Positions 36,470 to 49,479 of a stretch of DNA of 60,000 bases are shown piece after piece. The translations under genes were made by a program, and so were the position numbers. The notes beneath the pieces were generated by a model. That model did not search any database, had not been told where the DNA came from, and saw only the letters and a program-made list of their open reading frames with translations. Origin of the DNA: Mobula hypostoma (taxonomy: Eukaryota). The stretch is taken from assembly GCF_963921235.1 (NCBI RefSeq), contig NC_086097.1, forward strand, positions 116,004,001 to 116,064,000, given 5' to 3'. Within the stretch, counting starts at the first letter, position 1. Each line of letters starts with the position of its first letter.

Positions 36470-36560
36470 ATCTATCCATCGTTTTATCTATTGGTCTATC
36501 TTCTTGTCTATCTGTCTATCTAACTAACTATCTATATACCTGTCTATCTATCTGTCTACT
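36470..36560. repeat. Degenerate (TCTA)n microsatellite
   Basis: Imperfect TCTA/TCTG units. Confidence 0.75.
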
Positions 36561-37084
36561 TCATATAACACAAGAGATCCTGCCGGTCCTGAAAATCCAG
36601 AGCAAAATGCTGGAGGAATTCAGTAGGTCAAGTTACAGGCTGAGACCCTTCGTCAGGTTATGTATTGTATATATAATTGTTACTGCACATCTGAAATAAG
36701 CCTGTGCCATGCATTAAAGTAGTGTCTGTCTCATTCTGAGTGTAATGCATTTTTTCGAGGTCCTAATCAAATATACTTTGCCTCCATAAGTAAATTAGGA
36801 TAATTTTTCAGATTAGAACATATTGTTGGTGAGAATTTTTTGGTACAGTATTTCTCACTGTTTCCAAGCAGGATTTTTGCATGAATCCTTACATGCAGAG
36901 TTCTAGCCTCTAATGCTACACTGAGATTTGAATTTGACAGAGAATTTTAGTTCTATGTTACTTGGTCAGTTTGTCCCTCCACGGAATTACAATACAGAAA
37001 CAATATTCTGCAGATCGAGGAGAGGGGCCAGATTTGTAGATTGCAAGTCGTTGCCCCCTTGTTGGAATGTCAGGATTCCTGACA

Positions 37085-37768
37085 GGATTGAGGAACAGAG
37101 GGATCTTGGGGTCCATGTCCAGAGATCCCTCAAGATGATCAGTTTGTTGAGAAAGCGTATAGTGTGTTGACATTCATTAGTCAAGGGAATGCATTCAAGA
37201 GCCGCGAGGTAAAGTTACAGCTCTATAAATCCCTGGGTAGACCACACTTGTAGTATTTTGTTCAGTTTTGGTTGCTTCATTATAGGAATGATGTGGCAGC
37301 TTTACAGAAGGTGCAGAGGAGATTCAACAGGATGATGTCTGGACTAAATTGCAGTCTCATAAGGATAGGTTGAGTGAGTTAGGAAAAAGAAAATGAGAAG
37401 TTACTTGATAGAGGTGTGCAGGATGATAAGAGGAATAGGTTTAGCTGACAGCCAGAGATTTTTTTCCCCCCAGGGAGGAAATAATTGATGTGAGTGGGCA
37501 TAACTTTAAGCTGCTAGGAAGAAAATATAAAGGGATACCAGAGGTGTTTTTTTCACATAGAGGATGATGGGTGCATGGAATACACTGCCAGGGGTGGTGG
37601 TAGAGGCAGATACATTATGGAATTTAAAAGACTGTTAGATAGGCATATAGATGAAAGAAAAATTGTGGGCTCTGTGGGAGGAAAGGATTGATCTTGGAGT
37701 AGATTAATGAGTTGCCACAACATCCTGTGCCAAAGGGCTTGTACTGTGCTGTACTGTTCTATGTTCAT
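37085..37768 (+). mobile_element. Decayed CR1 3' fragment
   Basis: EEQRDLGVHV...RPHL.YFVQFW...; tail TGTACTGTTCTATGTTC. Confidence 0.85.
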
Positions 37769-39180
37769 AAACTGGTGAAGATTAACACCCAGTAACCACA
37801 GATCAAGCAGGTCAGGAACATTCTAGCAGACTCAGAATTATCACTTGCTTGGGCGAGTGTGAATAAATTAAAAAAAAACAAGCAAGAATTCATTAAAATA
37901 AAATCATGGTTAAATAAATTCTATGGAGTCTTTTGATGAACAACAGAAAAGATCAATACAGGGACTGCAGTTGTGTGGCCTGCACGGGATTTCAAAAGGT
38001 GTTGATGAAGTGGTACAAAATTAACTTCCCAACAAGAATTAAGGCCATGAGATAGAAAGGCCACTGTGCGGATAGACAATAATTGTCTAAACATAGGGGT
38101 AGTTAAAGGTGGTTTATTGGTGAGGGAAATTGTGCAGTGGCATTCCTTAAGGGTTCAGGTCAAGAACTACTGCTTTTTTAAAGTACAGTATATGAATAAG
38201 GGCACAGTGAAGTGTTAGGAGGATAATAATTGATGTCAAGGAGATACGGTATTGGCACATTACCAGAATGGACAGATGGCTGGCAGATGAGATTTGATTG
38301 TGAAGAAGGTGCAATGTTTGATTTTGGTTGCCAGCAAGGAATAAAATCTGCAAAATGGCTAACTGTAATGAGTCAAGGTCTATAGAATTAGATAAAGCAA
38401 ATGCATTTGTCACTGCAATGTGGTGGAAGGAATGGAGATCACCACTTTGTGTAACTGTTCTTACAATCAGCATTTTGTGAACTGGTTTGGGAACTGGTTC
38501 TTGCTCAGGGAAGGCTGGAGCAGAAAGATTAAAAGCAGACACCATAAGATTCATACCAATACTCAGCTGAAACCACAGATCATTTCCAAATAAAGAGTTG
38601 TTTGTAAATTGGCTGTAGGAACATTGAAAAGCTGCAGATTTACTGAAGGGCAGACTTTGTCTGTAAACTGAAATAATCTGAGCCCAGTATCTGGCCTGAG
38701 CTGTCTGTAAGTGGTTGAATTGATCTGACTCTGAGAGAAGCTAGTCAATGACATCAGATGCATGTCCAATTGAAGGGCCTTGGCCTGAAACGTCCACTCT
38801 GTTTTCCTGTCCACAGATGCTACCTGACCTGCTGAGTTCCTCCAGCATTTTGTGTATGTTGGATTAATCTTTGTAAGGGAGGCTATAGCTAAAGGTTGTT
38901 CCCTTTGGGAAATGTTACAAAAGGAATTGACTGAGGTATTTAAAGTGATGCACAGATATAGACAGAGTAGATATAGAGAAATGTTATTGCCTTTAGTGAA
39001 AGGGTCTAGAACATAGACTGAAGGTGCTTGACAAAAAACAACAAACACAAAATATCTTTTATGCAGCTAGTGCAAAGGATCCAGAATGCATTGCCAGGGG
39101 TAGTAGTGAAGGCAGATCCAATCATAGTGTTCAAAAAGTAATTTGGATACATTTCTGAAATGAAAAGATATTCAGGGTTA

Positions 39181-40030
39181 GAAACATAGAAACATAGAAA
39201 CAAAGAAAAGCTATAGCACTGTACAGGCCCTTTGGCCCACAAAGCTGTGCCGAACATATCCTTACCTTAGACCTACCTAGGCTTACCCATAGGCTTCTAT
39301 TTTTCTAAGCTCCATATATCCATCCAGGAGTCTCTTAAAAGACCCTATCATTTCCACCTCAACCACCGCCGCTGGCAGCCCAATCCACGCACTCACCATT
39401 CTCTGCGTAGAAAACCTACCCCTGACATCTCCTCTGTACCTACTTCCAAGCGCCTTAAAACTATGCCCTCTCGTGCTAGCCATTTCAGCCCTGGGAAAAA
39501 GCCTCTGACTATCCACACATTCAATGCCTCTCATTATCTTGCATACCTCTATCAGGTCACCTCTCATCCTCCATTGCTCCAAGGAGAAAAGGCTGAGTTC
39601 ACTCGACCTATTCTCATAAGGCATGGTCCCCAATCCAGGCAACATCCCTGTAAATCTCCTCTGCACCCTTTCGATTGTTTCCATGTCCTTCTTGTAGTGA
39701 GGCGACAAGAACTGAGCACGGTACTCCAGGTGGGGTCTGACAATAGCTGCAACATTACCTCTCGGCTCTTAAACTCAATCCCACGATTGATGAAGGCAAT
39801 GCACCGTATGCCTTCTTAACCACAGAGTCAACCTGCGTAGCAGCTTTGAGTGTCCTATGGAGTCAGACCCTAAGATCCCTCTGATTCTCCGCACAGCCAA
39901 GAGTCTTGCCATTAATGATATATTCTGTCATCATATTTGACCTACCAAAATGAACCACCTTACACTTATCTGGGTTGAACTCCAACTGCCACTTCTCAGC
40001 CCAGTTTTGCATCCCATCAATGTCCTGTTG
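39181..40030 (-). mobile_element. CR1 3' fragment
   Basis: ORF 39283-39708 encodes the ORF2 C-terminus; (TTTCTATG)n tail at about 39181-39205. Confidence 0.92.
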
Positions 40031-40449
40031 TGGAGAGAGAGGCAGGTATACAGCACTTGATAAATTGTTCTGACAAAGGATCAGTATGGGAAGAGAAGAC
40101 TCCTTTGCTGATCTAAACTTTCTGTGCTTCTGTCACTCTATAACCTCACCTGAAACTGAGATAACCCATCACTTGTGGTGAAACTGGACCCCCACCCAGC
40201 CCCCACCGTCTCACTACAATGCCCACTTCACAATGCACTCTCTTTGACAACTTCAGTTCTGAACATTAGTTGCTTGCGTTTAATGTTTGCATGATTTCCT
40301 TTTGCTCTGCACATTAGAAGGTTGATGGTCTTTTTTTTAAGGGTTCTTTCGTGTTTCTGTGTTTTGTGGCTGCCTGTAAGGAAATGAATCTCAATGTTGT
40401 ATAATGAATACACACTTAGATAATGAATGTACTTTGAACTTTGAACTTG

Positions 40450-41000
40450 AATGTATTACGTTTCCAAATCACAATGAAGAGCATCATGACATGCCCTATT
40501 ACTGTGTGATATGGAAATTGCACTGCAGCAGACAGTAGGGCCCTACAGCCAGTTAAAACTGCCCAGAACATCACTGGTATGAGTCCACCCGCCATCAAGG
40601 ACTTATATGTGTATATATATATATACATATGTTTGTTCTACTCTCATCAGAGAAGAGTCTACAAAACGGCTACACCAGGACCACCAGACTCAAAAACAGT
40701 TACTTCCCCCAACTCATCAGGCTGATAACACTTCCAACCATTAACCCATCCCACCACCCCCACCCCCACTACCTGCACATCACCTAGCATCACTTTATGT
40801 ACATACAATCGGTCTGTGCATCTAACAGTTACTTGCACATTGTGTTTTAAAGGAATGCTTTTATTTGTATATTTAGTGTGATTTTTGTTTTATATTATTG
40901 TATTCTTTATGATTATTGTGGTTTTTAAAGCTGCAGTAGATCCGGAGTAACAATCATTTCATGTGCTGATGATTGACGACAAACAATCTTAAATCTTGAG
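40450..41000 (+). mobile_element. Rex1/Babar-type 3' fragment containing a short (TA)n
   Basis: MKSIMTCPITV.YGNCTAADSRALQPVKTAQNITG...TTRLKNSYFPQ.IRL. Confidence 0.75.
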
Positions 41001-41789
41001 AAGCATGAACTTTCGAAGCCAGGATGTTATCTTATGTTCCGCCATTATTCAGAATCTTGAAAATGCCCAGAGTCTTGGTATTGCTCCTGATTCCGACTGA
41101 AGACACACCCTGACTGGGCCTGCTTTAACTACTTTCCAATAGAACAGGAAACTCTGGAAGTACAAACCAAGTCCATGCAAATTTGAAAGCAAAAGGATAG
41201 ATTTTCATTTTCGGAAGGGGCAACAGTTGTTTATTTACAAATCTCTCTTATTGTTTGCAGTGACTCTTATACAAAGCTTTCAAAAAAACAAAACAACATG
41301 AGCTAAAGAAAGGTGGCAATAGGATCCGTGCCTCCATTCAACCCGGATATAAACTCAATATCTTTTAAACCAGGAAATACGATATACCAAATAATCAACA
41401 GTTACTGATTTCTCAGATAAATCAGTTATAAAGTGGAGGTATACAAGAAAGCTAAGAAGTTTCAGAATAGTATATTTGATATGGATAATCTGCTAGACAG
41501 AGTCTGCACTCTTTGCTAAACTTAGAGTTAGTGAAATGTATACTTCATATTTTCTCATAAATCTGCAAGAAGAGCTCAGTGTGTAAAACAGTATCTATGA
41601 AGGTGAAGGGCTGGTGGATGTGTGAGGTCAATACTCTCCATCAGGATTACGAGTGCTAGGGAAGGTAGTCAGTATATAACAGTAAGAGGGTAGAAGCTGG
41701 TAGGTGATGGGGGAAACCAATAAGGGACAGGGGTGATAATGAGCAAGCAGAGAAGTGGGATAGGAAAGGTGAGCCAAGGGAGAAAAAAA

Positions 41790-43170
41790 CGTCTACTTTC
41801 TTAGACACTTGCACAGATTTGGCATGTCATTAAAACAGATTTGGCATGTCACTAAAACTATGACAAACCTCTATAGATTCACAGTGGAGAGTATCCTGAC
41901 TGATTTTATCACAACCTGCTATGGAAACACCAATGACCGTTTCGCTGAACACCTACACTCTGTCGGCCAGAGAAAGCAGGATCTCCCAGTGGCCACACAT
42001 TTTAATTCCACGTCCCATTCCTATTCTGATATGTCTATCCACAGCCTCCTCTACTGTAAAGATGAAGCCACACTCAGGTTGGAGGAACAAACCTTATATT
42101 CCATCTGGGTAGCCTCCAACCTGATGGCATGAACATCGACTTCTCAAACTTCTACTAATGCCCCTCCTCCCCTTCTTACCCCCATCCCTTATTTATTTAT
42201 TTATGTGTGTATGTATGTATGTATTATTATTTTTTTCTTTTTTTTCCCTTTTTTTCTCTCTTTTTTCCTCCTCTGTCCCTATAACTCCTTGCCCATCCTC
42301 TGGGCTTCCCCCTTCCCACTTTCTTTCTCCCTAGGCCTCCCGTTCCATGATCCTCTCACTTCTTCAGCTTTGTATCCCTTTTGCCAATCAACTTTCCAGC
42401 TCTTAGCTCCATCCCTCCCCCTCCTGTCTTCTCCTATCATTTCAGATCTCTCCCTCTCCCTCCCACTTTCAAATATCTTACTATCTCTTCTTTCAGTTAT
42501 TCCTGGCGACAGGTCTTGACCTGAAGCGTCGACTGTTCCTCTTCCTATAGATGCTGCCTGGCCTGCTGCGTTCACCAGCATTTTTTGTGTGTGTTGCTTG
42601 AATTTCCAGCATCTGTAGATTTCCTCGTGTTTGCCCAAGAATGCAGAAGCCTTCAAAATGTAATGGATACAGCCCAAACCTTCATAGGAAAAGCCCTCCC
42701 CACTATTGAGCTCATCTACATGAAGCAATGCCGCAATAAAACAGCATTCATCATCAAGGATCACTCCATCATTCCAGACCATGCTGTCTTCTCACTGCTG
42801 CCATCAGGAAGCAGGTACAGGAGCCTTAGGTCCCACACCACCAAGTACAGGAACAGTTATTACCCTCAACCATCAGGCTTCTGAACCAGCATGGATAACT
42901 TCACTCTCCTCAACATTATTACTGATCCCACAACCTATGGACTAATTTTCATGGATTCTACAACTCATGTTCTCAATATCGTTCACTTATTTGTTTTTTT
43001 GTTTGTTTGTTCATGTTTTTGTATTTGCACATTTTGCACATTGGTTGTTTGTCAGTCTTGGTGTGTAGTTTTTCATTAACTCTGTTGCATTTCTTTGATC
43101 CACTATGAATGCCTGCAAGAAAACAAATCTCAGGGCAATGTATGATATTAAATATACTTCGAACTTTGAA
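41790..43170 (+). mobile_element. Rex1/Babar-type 3' portion split by a PLE
   Basis: YFLRHLHRFGMS..NLYRFTVESIL..YGNTN, resuming at 42633 as AQECRSLQNV..FSLLPSGSRYRSL; 22-bp tandem duplication at 41813-41856; ACTTTGAA tail. Confidence 0.88.
41933..42632 (+). mobile_element. Neptune-type PLE 3' end (GIY-YIG C-terminus, UTR, decayed hammerhead)
   Basis: DRFAEHL..DLPVATHFNS..RLEEQ.LIFHLGSLQPDGMNIDFSNF; mutated core CTGGCGA..GAAGCGTC at about 42504-42530. Confidence 0.9.
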
Positions 43171-43519
43171 ACCCAGATGGATAGGCACATGGGTGCTAGG
43201 CAGATGGAACTTGTGGGGTAGGGGGGAGGGTAGCAAGGGGAAGAGGGATGCTAAAGATGAATACAAACTGAGAGAACCTAGGTGGACGTGGATAAAAGGA
43301 ACACAAGGGTGTGGGTTATCTGAAATTTGAAAATTTGATGTTCTTATCGTTGAGATGCAGGCTGCCCAAGTGCAAAATGAGGTACTGTTTTTCTTGTTTG
43401 CATTTGTTGCACTGTGGCAATGGAGAAGGCTAAGGATAGGGAAAAGGAGATGACATGATTTGCAATGAAAAGCTCAAGATAGCCACTGCAAACAAAGTGC
43501 AGGTGCAAAATAGGGTCCC

Positions 43520-44285
43520 TGCAAGGGGTCTCTTTTACCTACCCCATCTCTCCCTCCCCTTCACCTGCTGGATCACCTCTCACCTTCCCATCTTCTCAAA
43601 TCCCATATCCCACCCCTGCCATAACACCAACCTTGACCCTACTCCCTCCCCTCTTTGTTCTCTCCTCCAATACATTTCTCCCATGGAGCTCTCTTTCTCA
43701 TCAACTGCCTCAAATTCCACACTCCTGTCTCAAACTCTTGCGAGTCTTCACCATCCCCTCGAACCTCCAGCACACCCTCCCCTTCTCTGATGCTCAGTGT
43801 TCTTTGCCCACTTCCTGCAGTCTTACCAGGTTCTCTGACTCACTTTGATCAGCATGCCCTCCCTGACTGTCACTCTCCCACTTGGCTACATCTACGCATG
43901 GGCCATTTACCAATCCATGGGATTTCTTCTCCTTTGTTTCATACTCCTTATCCACTCCCCCATCTCATTCTATCTTCCCATCACCATTGCCCCTCCGCAA
44001 TCTTGTTCCATCTACTCTCTTCCAGCTTTTGTCTCAATGCTCCCCTATCCCATTTTGGACCATCTGCCCATCATCCCTCCACCATCTCATTCTGCCCATC
44101 AGCTTCCAATCCCTGTCTCACTCTTCCCTTTCACTTCTAGATACCGGATATCTTCCTTCTACAATGCCAGTCAATTGACAAATCTTTAGCAAAAGACTAA
44201 ACATCCACAAATGTCGCCTGATCCACTGAGATCTCCCAGCAATTTGTTTTCTTTGCTCAAGATTCCAGCACCTGCATCTCCTCTG
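43520..44285 (+). mobile_element. Old pyrimidine-rich PLE 3' UTR/terminal repeat
   Basis: C/T-rich tract ending in GCCTGATCCACTGAG..CCAGCAATTTG..AGATTCCAGCACCTGCA. Confidence 0.55.
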
Positions 44286-46203
44286 TACGCAATTTGGATG
44301 AGTTTTGAGAAACACAGTGAAGGAGGTGCTCTTGCAGCAATGTAGTTTTTACCATGAAAAACACTGTAGTTCTATTAATGATTTTGAAACAGGGAATACT
44401 TTATAGAATTGGAGCATCAAAGATTCAAAGATACAAAATGCATTTATTATCAAACTATGTATACAGTATATAACCCTGAGATTCATGTCTTTCTCAGACA
44501 GTTGTAAACAAAGGAAGCCATGGAACCTATTCAAAGAAAAAACATCAAACATCCCCTCCCTCATGTGCAAAACAAAGCTATTCGTGCAAATTGAAACAAA
44601 ACAAAAGCAAAAAAAACACAGAATCGTAAGAGTCCAGGTATATTCAGCTCAGTTCAATCTGGCACTGTTGTTCATTATCTGCAGAACCACATTTGAAAGA
44701 AAAAGAAGATATGAAAGAAGTGAAAGAAGTAGTTCCATGAACCGTCTGGAGAATATCACCCTTGGTCGCGTTGTTCGCCATATTCATCTGTTACAAAATA
44801 AAACACAAGTTTTCAGATTTGCAAAATTGTTTAATGCAGTGGGTTGTCATTGGAGAAAGTGATTGAGTGATGTTGGCAAGTAGGTCCCAGCATTGTAATT
44901 ACAGTGAGATCAAGCATATTGGCCCATGCTCACTTTCAGCATGACCACAGTCAGCTGCTTGTTCTGAAGCGATTAATTATTGGCCAAACTGTATATTCTC
45001 AAGCTCTCCTCCACTCATAAAGACCAGGAACTCTAGTGATACTTGCTTTACATAGAAATAAGTACTCATGGGTAGATCATGTAATGTTCCAATCTTGGTT
45101 TGGTGAAAGTTATTGTCTCACCTTTCAGCACTGAATAGGACATCCCCACTGGAAAATAAACTACTTAAAAAAATTCCCAAGGGACAATGTTCAGCTTTCA
45201 TGTAGATACAGGAATCAGTGAAGAGAAAAGGCGATTTCAATTCAGAATATTCAACTTGTAATGTATAAATGTGCAACTTTAGTCAGGATAGTAAACAGGG
45301 CAATGGGAATAAGTACCTATAAAAATCATTGGAAAGTTACATTGTTAATGGCTGCTAGGTAACCAGCCATTTTCATGTCCAACACGAAAAACATTCCTAC
45401 AACAAACAACTCAGCAAAGCCCAAACAGATTATCACAAAAAGAAGGATCAGTGCAGGGTAATCCATTCCTCCTGAGGCAAAAAAAAATCCATGCAGACTT
45501 GGATAAGGAAACTGAAAATGGTTCTCGTACTGCAGGCTCTGTAGACTGTTGGATTGAGGGTCCTCAGTACAAAGTCATGAACAGGGGCCATGTGGTATCA
45601 TGGTTACTGAGGTCAAAGACATGAAGGTGATTCTTCAGCAAAAGAGTAATCTCTGCTACCAGAGCAGGATGAATAAGTACCATTTGATGGAGAACTGAAA
45701 CAACTGGACCACATCGTAGAATCATACACCACAGAAACAGGCCTCTCGGCCCAACTGTGGTTGGTGTTACCAGGATCCCCATTATGAAACACCTGGGCAG
45801 ATTTAAAGCTATTTCCCTAAATGAGAAAACCAAGCTCGGAAATTAGCTCTCACTAATTTTTTGGAGGACATAAAGAGCTACATTTTGTTTTAGAGTAATG
45901 CTGACTGAAAGTCATTAAAATAGAAAATATGAAAATGGGACATCTTTCCTACCAAAATAAGATTAATATGGAGGCTCCTTTTTTCGTAAGATGTCTTAAC
46001 ACCAACCTGGTCAATCAGCCTGCAACATTCGTATGCTGGTCATGGAAAAACACAGGCTACCCTAAGAGTCAGGGGAAAAAAAAGGATTGAAAGGGGTTGT
46101 CTGAAAAGGTAGAAGATAAATAATAGTCATGGAGTCATGGGGAGATGCAGCAATGATATAAGCCTTTTGGCTCACTGGGTTCCAAACGAAGAGGGATAAT
46201 AGT

Positions 46204-46460
46204 AAGACCATAAGACAATAAGATATAGGAGCATAGTTAAGCCATTCAGCCCATTGAATATGTTCCGCTATTCCATTATGGCTGATTTGTTATCCCTCTT
46301 AGCCCAATTCCCCCCCAATCTTTGACATCCTAACTAATCACAAACCTCCACTTTAAATGTACCCAATAACTTGGCCTTCACAACCATCTGTGGCAATACA
46401 GATTCACTACCCTCTGGCTAAAGAAATTTATCTTTGCTCTAAAGTGACGTCCTTGCATTC
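46204..46460 (-). mobile_element. CR1 3' end fragment
   Basis: AAGACCATAAGAC tail and 3' UTR; FFSQRVVNL remnant. Confidence 0.8.
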
Positions 46461-47269
46461 TATCTAAATCTACAAATAAAAATTATTTCTTTAGTTACAG
46501 TAAAATAATTTTCATCAACAATATTAGAGCATACATTAGTGTTCCAACTATTCACTACCTTATTGCTTTTTCACCTTTCAATGAGATGGGTGGGCTTGGT
46601 GCGCGATATCAACATCTCAACATCAGGCTGAGAACATCACTCGCATAGAGTATCAAAGCCCCACATTCAGTAATTTTCAGTCTGTTTGATTGCTTTGAAA
46701 GAAGTTGGGTGACCAAACTGAAAATATGATGTTGGAATGGAAATAAAGAACATCTTCACCTTTTTGCTCAGTGCAGGGTAGCATTTAGAGATTTCTTTCT
46801 GCAGCCAGAAGTCTTAATTTGAAATTAGATCAGTTCTTCCTCTGTCCTTCCTGTTAAATTCTCAACAGAAGTTTTCAGGAATGGATATATTACCAAGTCT
46901 GGAACTAGGATTGAGAAAAGATCCTGAAATCTCTCCAATGTGTCTTTATGCAGCTCACCTAGGTGGGCACAGTGTACTTGAAGATCATTATCTGGTATTC
47001 ATTCTTGTTCATTGTACTCAAAGGGTCTTGGAAATTGGGAAAGGTCATGACCACTAATGTTGCATTTAAATAGGGTTAACTTAGACAAGATGACTGATCT
47101 GATTATGATAAGATTCACATAATTTTCTTACAACTGGAGATTGATTTCATTAAACTTTGCAAATAATTATGAAAAAAGCAATGTCATGCCTACTATTCTT
47201 AAGTTGATTACTGAGTAAAGCTTTTGAGTCTTCAAAGAATTTTATCATAGATTCAAAAAGCATATAAAA

Positions 47270-47595
47270 TAGATTAGATTAGATTCAACTTTATTGTCAT
47301 TGTGCCGAGTACAGATACAAAGCCAATGAAATGCAATTAGCATCTGACCAGAAATGCAAAGAATAGTGTTACTTACAAAATAACTGTGAATAAAAAATAA
47401 GTGCTATAGCACACAAATATAAAAGTACTGAGACAGTACAATATAGGTGCAATACTGCTTAGCGCTCTGATGTGAAGTTAAGCAGGGTCACAGCCTCAGG
47501 GAAGAAGCTCTTCCTGTGCCTGCTGGTGCGGGAGCAAAGGCTCCTGTAGCGCCTACCGGATGGGAGGAGAGTAAAAAGTCGATGGTTAGGGTAAG
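47270..47595 (-). mobile_element. Young Rex1/Babar-type 3' fragment
   Basis: LFTLLPSGRRYRSL..RTSRHRKSFFPEAVTLLN, then ATGACAATAAAGTTGAA(TCTAA)n. Confidence 0.88.
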
Positions 47596-49479
47596 AGTGT
47601 CTCGGGCAATTTTTTTGAGAGTTATCTGACTTCTGTGTGCATTAGCAAGTGTTCAAACTGTTCATCATTCTCAATGCAAAGCTTATGCCCAAAATGCTGT
47701 GATCAAGAAAGGGGAAAGTTATAATGTCAGCATAAGTCAGGGAAAATCTGGCTCTCTACCTGAAGGTACATAAAATAAGGCAGTGATATCCCTGTTGGGT
47801 TATGGGTTTAAGACCATTCTAAAGGCCATATGTTGAACTTTGCCCCCTTGAACGTGTAACACCCCTGTAGCACTTGCCTTATCTTGTGTGACTGGTCGCA
47901 GAACTGTTTATGAGAAAGTCTACTTACACAGTACTACACCAGGTTTTAGTTGGGCCATCGGAAGCTCTAGGTATTGGAAGGAGGCAGTGAATAGAAAACA
48001 TGCACTTCTGGAAGTAAGTTTGTTTATAAAAAATATCAATATATACAAAATATTTACATGAGTAAGAACAATTCAGAATTCCAACATTCTGTCTTAGGTT
48101 CCCAAATCTCAGATATCAAATGAAAACCAAATTCCTTTTTAGTTAGGATCAGTGAGATTTATTAGAATAACTTCTGTAGCTTCATTTTTTCTAACTGGTT
48201 GGATCTAATGTTATTCCTTTTTTAAAGGTTTACAGATAACTTTTCCTTTTTATTTAACCTTGTTAGTTAGAAACAAATTGAATTCCTATTCATAAGAATT
48301 ATGGTTAACTTCAGTTAGCGAAGTTAACTCTACATCATGAAGGATTTTTTTCCCGCACTGGTTCTTCGATCTTAGTTGGCTCGTTATCTTGTTTCTTGGT
48401 TCATTGGATGAAATAGTTGATCATCCTTGTAAGTAAATTTACAACACCTTACAAAAAAAAACTGATCTGTATACAACAGGGTTACCATTGGTAAGTTTTT
48501 GAACACGTTCGATTTTATATTTCAAAATAACTCAATATCACATTGTCATTTCCAAACATTTCCCAGTTACAACACTGCTGAAAATATTCCACAACAAATT
48601 ATACACTCGGAACGGTAAAAGTGTTTGAACTCACCAAATCCCTTGGCATGATTAACAGAACTAATTCCCGGTTACGTGCTAGACATCTTGGACACTCTGC
48701 TCTATCAGCATTGTCTCGTTATAGCTGCTTGTTATAATGGCAGCTGCAATAAACCTTTTATGGATATCGGCTCTCCTTCAGGGGTTTCACCCTGAGGTTT
48801 TCAAGTAAGTAGGGTAGGGATGCTCACTACTAATTCCACTTTTTACTGTTCATATCTTAAGTTTCTAATAGTTTATCACGTTTTTACTGCCTGCATCAGC
48901 CACGCCTCGTTCTTGGACAGCTTTTTTTTTCCAAGTTCTCTTTTTTTTTAAATTTGGTAAACCTCATTTTCATCCCTCCACAGGTGGAGCTTCCTAGCAT
49001 TACATCTTCGGGATTAATTAACCTGGCTAACAAATGCCATATCCTAATTCATAGAAATTGTGTCACTGCATGATTAGAGTATGAGAATCGGACTAGCTAA
49101 CACTGCACTGCCGTAGTAAATGGCAATAATGCATGGGCCAGGCCTGGAAATAACAAGATTTCTTCAGTCCAGATTTCTCATGATATGGTAAATACGGAAG
49201 TGTCGCATTGCTTTTCAATAACTGTAACATAGTTCAAGCCAAGGCTCAGAGAACGATGGGTTAGCAAGAGATGAGATGATTACATGATCATTATAATCAA
49301 TTATGAGGTACTGAGGATCAAATGCCCATAATCCCTCAGCTGCTCCCCTGCTAACAAATCCCCCCACTGTCCTCTTTATCTTTATGACCCCCTTAGAAAC
49401 TCCCACCATCCACAGGGTGGTGATATCACTCACTTTGGGAACCACTCACCTAGCTCACCTTCATGTTTAATCTTTCCTC

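Larger units (their letters stand above)
41545..43500 (-). mobile_element. Old PLE 3' end, outer layer of a triple nest
   Basis: Terminal repeat remnant at 41545-41790; 43170-43440 continues with purine-rich UTR and (minus strand) KQYLILHLGSLHLN..NIKFSNFR. Confidence 0.6.

Noticed and set aside
42497..42535. Hammerhead copy as an active ribozyme
   Set aside because: Core mutated (CTGGCGA, GAAG); the same applies to the copies near 15600, 22370 and 23150.
43455..44189. Cluster of overlapping Pro/Ser/Leu-rich ORFs
   Set aside because: Stop-poor pyrimidine tract of a PLE UTR.
46868..46962. Possible plus-strand exon KFSGMDILPSLELG..
   Set aside because: Plausible acceptor but no recognisable product or partner exons.
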